A stretch of DNA of 64,000 bases from the human T2T-CHM13v2.0 reference genome, Homo sapiens, in NCBI RefSeq assembly GCF_009914755.1, contig NC_060935.1; one strand, 5' to 3'. Positions 1 through 14,920 of this stretch are shown here, piece after piece. A program made the position numbers and the translations under genes. The notes below the pieces were generated by a model. That model saw only the letters and a program-made list of their open reading frames with translations, was not told where the DNA came from and did not search any database. The number at the start of each line of letters is the position of its first letter. The first letter of the stretch is position 1.

Positions 1-349
1 GCATTCAGTCTCCCTCCTTGGCTTCTTTTTAGAACAAGAAAGCCAAAATTCCATAATGTGTTTCAAGAATGGTCTGAATAGGGGGGCAGTCAGGGACCCC
101 TGTTCTGGGGAGTGTTTGCTGCTTTCTCTCTGATGACGCTGTTGCATGTTTCTCATTTTATCTCGGCATCTACTGTTTTCAATTCACCTACCCTAAACTT
201 CGCCTTTTCTGGGAATGGTCTTATTCTCACTGTGGCCGACTCCTCAGGCCTGGGATGGAGGCTTGGGAGACATTGAGAGCTCAGAAGCTCAGAAGTTAAG
301 GTTGGGAAGATTCAGGGTGGAAGGAGGAGGGAACCAATAGACACCAGGC

Positions 350-575
350 CCCTGCGATGTGACCAGCCTTGTGCAAGACACTTCGATGTGTGATTTCAGG
401 GAACTCTCACAGAATCATGTGAGATGTAGATTATTGCCCCATCTTTGCAGTTAAGGAAACTGAGGCTCAGCATTGTTAAATAACTTTCTCAAGACCATAT
501 AGCTAATAAATGATAACACCTAGGATTTGGACATGGGCTGTGAGATGACCCCCAAAAGTATTTTTTCCACTCTAT
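350..575 (-). mobile_element. MIR SINE fragment
   Basis: Reverse complement of the MIR core: ccccatctttgcagttaaggaaactgaggctcag...taactttctcaagaccatatagcta. Confidence 0.8.
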
Positions 576-1339
576 GCAGCCTCCTTTAAAGAAAGTAGGA
601 GAGAGGGGTTTGCAGTGGGAGCAATGTAAGAGTAGCATTTAGGTGAGGGAATGTTTTCCTCATCCCCATTGAACCCAGGTCCTGGAGACCAGTGGCTTTC
701 TTCTGGCATGGCCTGAAATTTTAAAACTCACTTGATTTGTTCCAAATGCCTCTCCCTTTATCCTGAACTTTGCTTATTTCCTGCCTTGTATGCAGTGGGG
801 CTCATGTGCCTGCTGATCCCCTGCCAGTGGCCTTAAGGGGAGTATTTAGGAACTGCTGTACTGTTGCCTGTTCCCAAGCTGGATGGGGAGCATTCTCCAG
901 TTTAGAGTATGGGAATTTTCTCCACTGGTGGATGCTGCCCCAGTCCTTTGCTGCGCCTGATTAGGTCTTCGGTGAGCAATACCCTCCTATGATGTGCATG
1001 TGGTTGGATTGCACTGAACACAGCCCCTCTATGGGTGATGTCCCTTCCATCTCTCCCTGTGCCCAGCCAGCCAGGGGAGGATGTGATGGCTGCTGGGCCC
1101 AACAAGGCAGAGTGGCCAAGTGTCAGTGGTACCTGGCATGACAGTTGTCTTCCATGGCACTTGCTTGGGGGTAGGAAGACATCTGTCTCTGGGGAGGTGA
1201 CCAGAGCCTGTGATGATCTGGGGCAGGCCCAAGGAAAGCTGGCTCCAACCCTCCAGGGCATACTCAGCACCAGGAAGATTTTTAAGGCTCTGCTTCTCAG
1301 AATTAGCCCCACCGGGGCACAGTTACTCGTTTAAAACCT

Positions 1340-2027
<688 letters not shown>

Positions 2028-2087
2028 CAGACAACTCTTAAAAGAGGGGTTTTACGTAAAGAGGCTGTCTTGGCAATTTACATTTTA

Positions 2088-2398
2088 TGATTTTATTTTA
2101 TTATTATTATTATTTTTTGAGACAGAGTCTCTCTCTGTTGTCCAGGCTGGAGTGCAGTGGTGCAATCTTGGCTTACTGCAACCCCTGCCTTCCAGGTTCA
2201 AGCGACTCTCCTGCCTCAGCCTCCTGAGCAGCTGGGATTATAGGCATGCACCACCATGCCTGGCTAATTTTTATATTTTTAGTAGAGATAGGGTTTCACC
2301 ATGTTGGCCAGGCTGGTCTTGAACTCCTGACCTCAAGTGATTCGCCTGGCGTGGCCTCCCAAAGTGCTGGGATTGCAGGCATGACCACCGTGCCAGGC
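2088..2398 (-). mobile_element. Alu (AluS-type), full length
   Basis: (TTA)n-type tail, both arms; TSD tggcaatttacatttta/tggcaatttatatttta. Confidence 0.97.
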
Positions 2399-2490
2399 TG
2401 GCAATTTATATTTTAGATACATCAGCCCAGCAGTAAGATGAAGGAAACAGCTTTAAAGAGAGACCAGTTAAGAGACTGTTGGAGTAGTCT

Positions 2491-2640
2491 GTCCATCCAT
2501 CCATCCATCCGTCTATCAGTTAGTCCTTTCAATAAATATTTCTTGGGTACCTAGTATGTGTCAGATACTGGGAAAGTCCTGGGTATAGAGAGGTAGATAA
2601 GAAAGACAGTCTCTGCCCACCAAAGGTGACATAGAAAAGG
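2491..2640 (-). mobile_element. (TCCA)n tail plus L2 3' end
   Basis: tccatccatccatcc followed by aataaatatttcttgggtacctagtatgtgtcagatactg. Confidence 0.65.
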
Positions 2641-3039
2641 TAAGGAGGCCTGGACCTCTCTTGTAGAGCAGATAGAGAAAGGAAGATAAAGTAAAAAGGC
2701 CTTTTGGAAGCCAGTTTATCAGGATTTGGCCATGGATTGGATGTGGGGTAGTGGGCATGAAGGAGGAGGCATAAATAGCTCCCATTTTCCACCTTGGAGG
2801 GCTGTAGTGGCTGAGCCGGGAGGGGCTCCTGCCAGCATCTTCAGCCCCTGAGTTAAGCACAGAAGCAGAGGAGAGCGGTGCATTTGCCGTGTAGATGCAC
2901 CTCTGAGACAAGGGCGTCACCTTTTCTGTCTTAAGACAGAAAATTGTCTTAGCACCATTTTCTGTCAGCCCAATTGCCTTTCATTCCCTCCTGTAGAAAT
3001 CCAGGAGCTGCCTTGGGTGACTAGGTGGGCCACCAACCA

Positions 3040-3260
3040 AGGGAGACATTCAGCAGGGGGCAGATGGTGAGCTTGGGTGGACTGCAAGTGCCCATGGCAT
3101 CTGGACGAGACGTCCAGTAGACAGCTGGATGCATAGGCCTAAAGCATGAGGGAGGGATCTGGGCTGGAGGAATTGCTTTGGCATTGTCAGTGACAGAAAG
3201 CACGAGAGCAGATGAAATTATTGAAGGAAGAGTGCAGTAGGGAAAAGAACCCTGGGCTAA
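3040..3260 (-). mobile_element. L2 fragment
   Basis: gagacgtccagtagacagctggat...gggatctgggctggag resembles L2 reverse sequence. Confidence 0.6.
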
Positions 3261-3269
3261 ATGTCAAGG

Positions 3270-3380
3270 TACCTTGGTCTGAGTCTTAGATTTGCCATTC
3301 ATATCCTGCGACCTAAGACAGGCTCTTCCGCCTCTCAGCCTTGGAGGCCCTCATCTGTAGAATGAGATGATCAGAACAGA
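3270..3380 (+). mobile_element. MIR fragment
   Basis: tgcgacctaagacagg...cctctcagcc...ctcatctgtagaatgagatga. Confidence 0.6.
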
Positions 3381-3381
3381 T

Positions 3382-3596
3382 CAGTGGTCTCCAAACTTAG
3401 TTTTTAGTGGTTGAACCTTTTGTTCAAATAAAATCACACACAGAATCCCAACAGCAAAAAGTGAGCTGCTCTAGGAGGAGAATGACAAGAGATTGGAGGT
3501 TGAGCTCTGTTTCCCCACCCACCCCCCAACCCAACCTCTCAACATTTCACTGCAGCCACTGAGGGTGCTCTGGGGGGCATAGTTTGGAAACCAGAA
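3382..3596. mobile_element. hAT-Charlie-type non-autonomous DNA transposon (MITE)
   Basis: Terminal inverted repeats cagtggtctccaaact ... agtttggaaaccag. Confidence 0.6.
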
Positions 3597-5784
3597 ATGT
3601 GCCAGCTTCCTGAGGTCCCTGCCAGCTAGCGCCTACTTCTAGGAGCCTGGTTAACAGCCCAGCCTTGGGTGCAGGAGGTGAACACTGAGGCTTAGGTCTC
3701 CTGGGATGCAGCAGAGCTCCAGGGGGCCTGGGAGAAGAGGCTGTCTGGAGCCCACTTGACCTGCAAGTGCCCGGGTTCATTGTTGTCTTTCAGTGGCCTG
3801 ATTAATATCTAAGCCCTTTAATTTGCTTCCCTTTATAAAAAGAAGAAGACAGGCAAGCAACACAGGTCATAAAACACTGCAGCCCGTAACACTTCCCATT
3901 GGCTCCCGCAGCTTTACTTCCTCCTAGATTATCATTCTTGGCTTCATCACAGGAACCTGATTATTTCCTTTTCCCCTTCAGAGCATTTAGGAAGGTATTA
4001 AAAAAAGAATCCCGAGCCTCAGCCTCAGCCAGTCCTGCTGCCTTCTCTCACTCCTTTCAAAGCCCTGTGCTACTTACAATCCACACTCTCAAAGAGGGGG
4101 AGCCAGGGATGCCCCCAGCCCTCTCCTCCTGCTGGAGGTCAGGGAGCCTTGGGACCCAGGAGCATGGGGGGTGTTCATTCTCACGAGCTGGGCTGTTTCT
4201 TGCTGTGAGTTTGCCAGCTATAGGGCCACCCCAACATGGCTGTGAGTAGGCTGAGGGCCTTCAGCCACCCATGGAGCCCAAGCTCTCTTCCAGCCCATCC
4301 TGGCATTGGGCAGCTCTCCCACCCAGGCCCTGGCCCTCCCTCTGGCCCAGGTGGCTGCCATGTCCTACCGTGAAGGGCCTTCTGTGGCTCGCCAAGGGAT
4401 TGCTTCGAAGACACACATTTCATGCAGGCCCCTGTGAGAAAGACAAACTCTGTTTCCATAGAGGAGTGCCAGAAAGGTTTCTTTGCCCATATCAAGATGT
4501 TAGCATTTCAGCGCCAAGGACACTTGAGGCCACGCTTGTCAGAACTTTCATTTATGCAGAAGAAGAAGAAGAGGTCAGCCTGCGGGGTCTGGCCTACCCA
4601 CTGCCTCCCAGGCCTGGACGGCCGCCACGGGTGGGAGGCAGGGCTGTCTTTGCCTTGTTAGTGAGGCTGAGGTCCTGTTTTGAGCTGCAGCAACAGTAGG
4701 CTGACACCCCTATGACCAAGGTGAGATGCAGTGTCATTAGCAGGGCCGCCTGGCTGGATATTGATTGGCCCTGCAGAGGCCTGGCAGGTTGGCAGTTGGA
4801 GCCGCCATGCAGATAACTGAGGGCAGCCAAGGACCCAACTGAGTGCAGCCTCTGGAAGGAGCAATTGAAGGGACAAGACCAGAGTGGGCCTGGGTGACCT
4901 TGCACCCCTCACACAGAGGCCTGCTCCATGGACCAGTAGGAGGAGGGCCCAGGCTCTCACATGCCTCCTCCCAGGGGCCTCGTGACCTTCTCTTCCTAGG
5001 AGAACCCCACTTCCAGGAGCAGGCCCCCAGCTCTCCCTCCTCTAGCAGAGGGATCTGGGCTGCCTGCCTCTGCAAGATGGAGTAGGGACCCTGGGAGTGC
5101 CTCTGTCACTTGTCCTATAAATGACAATAGAGCTAACAATATCTAATTGACTATTAAAGGAGAAAGCAGCCCTGTAGATGCTGCAGGCTAATTAACCCTG
5201 GGAGTGCAGAGCGAGAGGAAGAATCTGCAGGGGTTGCCCGTGAGCACATATGCACCGAAGTGTGTCTGTCCCAGTGGCAACCAGGGAAGAGATGTGTCCT
5301 GTACAGCAGACTTACGCTATCCACAGAGTCCTGTTTGGTGGATTGGGTGGGGCAGGGCCCACCCCAGCTCAAGAGTCCAGACTTGAAAAGAGCCTCAGCC
5401 TTTCCGGGAGAGCTTCCTAGGGGAGGTGAAGTCTGAGCTATGTTTTGAGCAAAATGGTTCTAGATAGAGGTGTCAGTGGGGGGGCATGTGGTAGAGGGGG
5501 CTGTGAAGCTTAAATCTGGGGGGGCCCAAGGTGAGAGAGCTGGGGTTGAAGAAGGGGACTCAGAGCTCTGAGTTCATCGGTGGCTTCCTTATATTTCCCT
5601 TTGGAAGAGAATAGAAGCAGCCAGAATGGCCTTGGGGTTGGGAAAGGGGGACCTGGAGGAAGCTGGTGCCACAGGCCAGGTGAGAGAGGATGAGGGTCTG
5701 GCCAAGGCAGCGGCAGCAGGGGTGGACCGGAGGGAGAGGTGGGAGCTGAGGGGGACTCCCTCAACATGGTACCATTGCCAATGG

Positions 5785-5803
5785 GAGCGCCCCCTAGAGG
5801 GCC
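5785..5803 (-). promoter_or_regulatory. CTCF binding motif
   Basis: Minus strand GGCCCTCTAGGGGGCGCTC matches the CTCF core CCASYAGRKGGCRS at 13/14 positions, in non-repeat DNA, with the CpG retained. Confidence 0.6.
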
Positions 5804-6316
5804 AGGGCTCTGCTCTTTGCACCCTCCTTGCCAACCAGCTTCCTAACTCTTAGGCTGTCAGAGCCCAGAACAGGTCCAGCCCCTTCATTTTCCAGAAGAT
5901 AAACTGCGCTATGGGCAAAGATATGACTGTTGTGGGGCAGCCCCATGTCTGGAACCCTGGCAGCCAGCCCTTATTCAGTGTCCTCGTTGCCACACCCCAT
6001 GACGTTTGTTATGTTTCTTCTTATGAATGGATCTGCCTCTGCCTCCTCAGCTCATCCTTCAACCCGTTCGCTTCCCAGCTCTTTTCCTCTGCCTTCCTGA
6101 CGGTATCACTCCAGTTCCACCCCAGGCTGCTCCGCCCTGCCTGTGGTTCAACATGAGTTACGCAGTAGGTTCTATTCTTGAAGGAGGGACCATGAGAGAG
6201 AGCCTTTGGTTGGCTGTGCTGATTCAGGGGAACAGTGGCAGACAGTCCTCAGCATCAGCTAACCCCAAATCCTGAATGCCCCCTGTGTTGGAAGTGAGTT
6301 TGCTAAGTCTGACCTA

Positions 6317-6633
<317 letters not shown>

Positions 6634-7104
6634 TTAGCACAGTGGATGGCCAGAGGAAAGGTAGCTTCTGAGGCTCCAAATGAGCTAGCAATGGGCTGCA
6701 GAGCTCTGGTGGCTTTTATGAAGGCATGATCCGGGTGTGTTGGCCTCTGCATACTCCTAGGGCGTGATTTATATGGGGACGGTGTGGAGAGTTGGGGCTG
6801 TCAAGGCAGGGCTGGTCCTTTCTGGGGAAGGCTGGCAGTGGTGAAGGGAAGCTAGAGTGGCCTCGATGGAGGGTCACAGCTCCTGCACCTGCCGTGCCGT
6901 CTTCTCACATCACTGATGCACTGCTCCTTACCTCCTCCTGCTCATAGAAGAGGCCACTATCTCCCCTTTCCCGAGTCTCTGGGGGTGGGGTGGCGTGGTT
7001 TGGCCAGAGCTAAGGTGACATCAAGGCAGGGGGGCAGTGTGCCAAGAGGTGTCCCCCCTGGCTTTGTGTGGTGTGGCGTTTCTCCACTCAACCCTGTCCA
7101 TTTT

Positions 7105-7300
7105 ACAAGTGTTTTGAAAAAACCTACTTTACTCTGTCAAGATGAAACCTAAAGAGAGTATAACGTTTCTACATACATGATTTTTAAAATATTTAATGTC
7201 CTAAATATAATATAAAGGATGAATAAAAAGAAAATAACATAATAAAATTAATTTCAATGTTTAAATCCTTGGGCATCACTACACATAACAGGGTGAAATA
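7105..7300. mobile_element. MER113/MER20B-related hAT remnant
   Basis: AT-rich block is the reverse complement of the distal part of the MER20B copy at about 33960-34110 (atataaaggatgaataaaaagaaaat...atttcaatgtttaaatccttgggcatcactacac). Confidence 0.55.
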
Positions 7301-7344
7301 TCCCGAGTTTCCAGAAAGCTCCACAGGGTCCCTGTTAAGAACTA

Positions 7345-7520
7345 ATGGCTTTGCATTAAGAGAAGTTTGGGTCTGTCTTCAGCCACTGCTGGCTGTGTAA
7401 CCTTGAGCAGGTGAGTTACCCTCTCTGAGCCCTGGGCTCCTCATAGGTAAATTGCACAGAACTATGGCTGCCCCTTGAGTGGATGAGAGGCATTAATGAG
7501 ATGCAGTATCTTTAAGTTCT
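7345..7520 (+). mobile_element. MIR
   Basis: ggctgtgtaaccttgagcaggtgagttaccctctctgagcc. Confidence 0.75.
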
Positions 7521-8526
7521 TTACACAGGGCACACTTTTCCCCTCCCACTACCATCTCTTAGTAATGTTCACAATACCCTTATGCCTCACCTTTGTTCTG
7601 TCCTTCATCTTTGAAAGCGATTTTGCCTCCATCATGCCATCACGGCCTGCTGCCCCTTCCCCCTGGCTCTGTGGCTTCCTGTGCTGCCAGTTTGCAGTGC
7701 AGTTCCTGCTGCCTCCCTGCCCTGGAGTTCTGCCCCCATCCTCTTTGCACTCCCAAGTCTCTGACTTTCCTGGGGTTTGTTTGGCTCCACCACCCAGCAG
7801 GGAGGCATAACACAGATCTTAGGAGCCCAGTTACCCCCACTCTAAGTGCAAACATTTTTCTCTATTTTTGGTGCATTAGATTAATCAGGAGAAGTGGGCT
7901 TTTGGATTTCGTTGGTCCCCTGTGAGGCCTAGCTCCAGGTAAGTGTCCTTCATAAATGTTTCATCACTCTCCCTGCCATAATTGTTAAAATGGGGATAAA
8001 TTCTATCTGGATTCAGGGATGATCTCCCACCTGTGTCTGTTTGCCCCTGTGGCAGCTCCCCTACACACTGCATCTCTCGTGTCATATTTCCCGTTGCCAC
8101 TGGATGGTGATAGGGCCAGCTGCTTCAGTTCATCACAGCTGCGTGTGAGCCTCTGGCCCAGGTGGCAAGGCGAGGCCAGCACACTGCCCACCTACCTGCC
8201 TTGATCTCTCTTGGTGGCTCGCGGTCCCAGCACTACTCCTCCAAAGCCTGGATCAAATTGTCTGCTTTAAGGAAAGATCAAACTAGCTCCTCCAGGGGTC
8301 CTGCTCTTGAGCATGGAGGGCTGGTGGTCACAGCCATGACTGTAACCTGCACAGCCCCATGACAAACCAAGTCTTTAGTTCCATGGCCTGCAGTCTTTAG
8401 TTCATTCTACAAATAAATATTTATTTCCTGCTACGGACCAGGTACTGTTCTAGGCACTGAGCATAAATTGGTGAATTGAAATGAATAGGAATCCCTGCTT
8501 CATGAGGAATATAAACAGTAAGTCAG

Positions 8527-8530
8527 GTGT

Positions 8531-8576
<46 letters not shown>
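8527..8576 (+). repeat. (TG)n microsatellite
   Basis: About 25 TG units with one TA interruption. Confidence 0.97.
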
Positions 8577-8578
<2 letters not shown>

Positions 8579-9135
8579 CCATATAGTCTGTGACTGATAA
8601 GTATTAAAGAGAAAAATAAAGCAGGAAAGGTGATAGGGAATGTCCAAGGGTGTTAACATTGTAGACAGGGTGGGCATGGAAAACCTCTCTGAGAAAGTGA
8701 CATGTAAGTAAAGACTTCAAGGAAATGAGAGAAGAGCTGCACACATGTTTGGGGAAGAAGATATTGGAGAGAGGGAACAGCATGTGCAAACGTGCAGGGA
8801 CCCAGAGGCAGGAATGGGCCTGGCCAGCTCGGAGCATGCCCAGGGGGTCCATGTGGCCAGTTTGTATCAGCAAGGGCCGCAGCAGCAGGAGATAGTCAGA
8901 GATGTAGGTGTGAAGGTCAAACCACAGGGGTTCTTTAGGGTAAAATGGGAACCAGGTAGAACGTTTGAGCAAAGTAAGGCCATGATTGGACTTCAAATTT
9001 TTTACAGAAATAAACTTTATTGTGTATATTTGGGGTTTACAGCATGTTAGGAGATGCGTAGAGATAGTAAGATGGTTACTACAGTGAAGCAGGTTAACAT
9101 GCCCATGATCTCATAGTTGGTTTTTTTGTGTGTGA

Positions 9136-9886
<751 letters not shown>

Positions 9887-10917
9887 ATATTACTGCATTT
9901 TTACTGTACCTTTTCTATATTTTGGTGTGTTTATATACACAGATACTTACCACTGTATTACAGTTGCCTCCAGTATTCAGTACAGTTACATGCTGTGTAG
10001 GCTTGTAGCCTAGGAGCAATACGCTGTTTCATGTAGCCTAGGTGTAGGAGGCTATACCATCTAGGTTTGTGTAAGTCACTCTGTGATGTTCACACAATGA
10101 CTAAATCACCAAACAAAGCATTTCTCAGACCGTATCCCATTGTTAAGCAATACAGAACTGTACAATACGGTTTTATTAACTTTAATCTTCATTTTGTACA
10201 CTAGATCTCTAAACCTGTTCTTCCTATATCTCTGCTATTTTGTGTCCTTTGACCTGTATCTCTCCAATTCCTACCCCTCTACCATGCCCACTCATAATAA
10301 CCATTGCTTCCTTCTCTGTGAGTTTGAGCTCCTTTTCTAATATTCCACATTTAAGTGAGATCATGCAATATTTCTCTTTCTGTGTCTAGCTTATTTCACT
10401 TGGCATAATTTCCTCTAGGTTCATTCAGGTTGTGGCAAATGGCAGGATCTCCTTTTTAAGGGTGAGTAGTATGCCATTGTGTACACATACCACATCCTCT
10501 TTATCCACTCATCCGTTGATAGACACTTAGGTTGTTTCTATATCTTGGCTAATGTGAATAATGCTGGAGTGAACATAGGAGTGTGGATATATTTACAAGG
10601 TGATTCCATCTCCTGTGTGTATATACCCAGAAGAGGGATTGCTGCGTCATATGGTAGTTCTATTTTTAATTTCTTTAGGAACCTCCATATTGTTTTCTGA
10701 CTTAGATTTTAAAGGGATCACTCCAGTTGCTGCATTGAGAATAGGCTGAAGGGAGATCCATTTAGGAGGCTCTTGCAGTAATCCAGGTGAGAGAGGTTGC
10801 TGGCTTGTCCAGGATGCAGCAGTAAAGGTGGTAAGAAAGGTTGGAATTCTGGATAGATTTTGAAGGTAAAGCCAACAGAATTTCTTGATGGTCTGGATAT
10901 GAGATGTGTATGTGTAA

Positions 10918-11323
<406 letters not shown>

Positions 11324-12040
11324 TTAGGGGTAAGAGGTGTCTGAGCCGAATCTTGGTATGCCAAATGTGAGATGCCTGTTAGACAACCTGTGGAGATGCA
11401 GGGTGGCAGCTAGAATGTGAGTCTAGAGTTCAAGTGACAGAATTCTACTGGAAACGTAAATTTGGGAGTAATCAATATACAGATTGTACTTAAAGCCACG
11501 AGACTGGGTTTGTACAGACAGAGAAGAGGACAAGGACAGAGCTCGGGGGTGCTTTGAACTGAAGAGGTCAGAGGGATGCAGAGGAGCCCATAGAGGAGGA
11601 TGAGAAGCAGCAACCAAGGGGCAGGAGGAAAGCTGGGTCAGCATGGTCTCCTGGAAGCCAAGGGAAGAAGTGATCAGTGTCACAAACCTCTTGAGAGGCC
11701 CAGGGAGACGAGGACTGACAGGTGGGCTCACTGCTCTGGAGATTTTTGTTTCACTTTGTTTTTAATGCTCCACATTAAAACAATATCCCATGGGTCATGG
11801 CCTGAGGACGTTTCTATCTGAGTAGAGCTTGAGGCTTCAGCCCTGCAGAAAGCAGGAAGGAAGATGTATTTGTATCGAAAAGAAAAAAGGAAGTTACCAG
11901 CACACTTTTAAGTTCACTGTCTTGTTTTATTTCCATAAGTCCTTTTAGGGGAGTATTTGTAGTGCTTTGCCCAATTTAAGATGAAGAAAATGAGGTGCAA
12001 AAAAGCAACATAGCTGCCTTTAGTTCAGAGGCTTTGAAAT

Positions 12041-12245
12041 CAGTGTTGGTCAATAGAACTTTCTCGATGATGGCAATGTTCTGTATCTGCTTTGTCCAGC
12101 ATTGAATCTGTGGGCTACCTGTGGCTACTGAGCACTTGAAATGTGACTTTTTGGCTAGTTTTTAAATTGCATTTGACTTAAATTCATCTAAATTTAAATA
12201 TAAAGAGCCATCTGTGGCAAGTGGCTACCTTAATGGACAGAACAA
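12041..12245 (+). mobile_element. MER3 (hAT-Charlie) inside a MIR fragment
   Basis: caatagaactttc...gtggctactgagcacttgaaatgtg...gtggcaagtggctacc...ggacag. Confidence 0.8.
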
Positions 12246-12989
12246 TTCTAAGTGGTCATATTTACACTAGATTTAAACCTGGGTGTTCTGATCCAAGGCC
12301 TGGGGTCTTTCAACCTACCCTCTGCTTCCCAAGAAGGTAGCATAATGTTCTAAAGGGGGCTGGATTGGCTTGAGGTGATGAGTCTTGGAGGGTGGATTTG
12401 GAGAAGGAGATAATGTATGTGACCTAGGCGTGGTCTAAAGTTCTAGGGTTTATTAGCCAGTTTACAAGCTCTCTAAAGTCTCCTGAAGCCTGTTTCTTCC
12501 ACTGTCAGCCCAACCCAGGCTGTAAGGTTGGGCTTACAGGAGTAAGGGTGAGGACCCAGGAGTAAGGGTGAGGACAGGAGGGTATATCTAGTATATGTAC
12601 CACTTATAAATCCTACCGTCTGTCAATTTCCTTCATGAAACTTCCCCTGTCCACTCAGCCGTATCTCCTGAGCAGCAAATCATTTAAATTCCTTTGAAAT
12701 ACTGTTACTTAAACTTGTTTTTGGACACTTAGATTGTACCTATTATTACCATTACTATTTCGGTTGTGTCTGTGTGCTGCTTTCTGAATCTCTTTATAAA
12801 CTCCTGGAGGCAGGTGAATTATGTCCTGTTTCCTATACATGGTAGGTACAGGATGGGGTGGTATAAAGAGCACTCGTCTTGATCATCTTTGGTAGCACTA
12901 AAGCCAAGAATGATGCTTACAAAATTGTGGGACCTCAACAGATGTCTGTTTAATAACTGAATGGCTAAACTTAGAACCACATAGTTTTA

Positions 12990-13200
12990 GTTTAGATTTC
13001 TGAGTTTCCGTTCACTAGCTTTGTTGCCAAAGGCGAAAAACGAAACTCTTTGAAACCCAATTTGCTCATCTGTCAATTTGTTCATCTATCAAAAGCAGTG
13101 TATTTCTTGTGTTCTCGTGAGGGTCAAATGAGATAATAACCATAGAAGTTTTTGCACAGTGCCTGGCACATAGTAGGTGCTTATTTATTAAGTGTTAATG
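12990..13200 (+). mobile_element. MIR
   Basis: gtgagggtcaaatgagataata...gcacagtgcctggcacatagtagg. Confidence 0.7.
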
Positions 13201-13239
13201 TTTCTTTACTTTTCTTATGATGATATATATGCGGTTTAT

Positions 13240-13685
13240 TCTTCACTAGACTGTGGTCTTATGGCAAATGGGGATTGTATTTTACTCACTGTTGTCCTCC
13301 ATAGCACTCACACAGTGCCCTGAGCATATTAGGTTCTTAGGAAGAGCTATTGGATTTATTGCTTGCTGGATACCTCTGGTCGCAGCTCAGGAGATGCAGC
13401 TGAATGAGACATGACCCAGGGCCAACAGGGAACATTTGGGAGTGCCCAAGCTTAGAGCAGTCACAGCCTCTATCTCAGCTTCGAAGCCTGCACGTAATTT
13501 ACAGTCTCATTCCTTCTGTTTCTCAAGTGGCCATTTAAATTCTTTAGATTGCAGGGCTGTCATAGATAATTCCTCTACTAGAATGTAAGCTCTGTGAGGA
13601 TAGACATTTTTGCTTGCTGTTGTGTCTAGAACAGGGCTGGGGCATGGTATGTGGTCGGTAAATGTCAGATGAAGGAATGAACACA
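13240..13685 (+). mobile_element. Two L2 3'-end fragments (about 13240-13360 and 13575-13685)
   Basis: cactagactgtggtc... and ctactagaatgtaagctctgtgagg...gaaggaatgaa. Confidence 0.6.
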
Positions 13686-13717
13686 GGTGGGGCATGGGAA
13701 GCAATATTGTACAACAT

Positions 13718-13902
13718 AACTCTGCAAACTTTTTTTTTTTTTTGTAAAGGACCAAAGAGTAGGTACTTTAGACTTGTATACTATAGTATCTCTGTTGAGA
13801 TTATTAACCTCTGCCATTCTAGCTCAAATGGAGTCACAAACAACATATAAACAAATGAGCAGGTCTATGTTCCAAAAAATGTACTTTACAAAAACAGGTG
13901 GC
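13718..13902 (-). mobile_element. MER58A (hAT-Charlie)
   Basis: gcaaactttt...tgtaaagg...ctctgccatt...aaacaaatgag...tgttccaa...tttacaaaaacaggtggc. Confidence 0.8.
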
Positions 13903-13904
13903 AT

Positions 13905-14920
<1,016 letters not shown>

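Noticed and set aside
4271-4699. 142-aa ORF with a poly-E stretch
   Set aside because: The acidic run comes from a short (GAA)n repeat; no homology recognised and no clear exon structure
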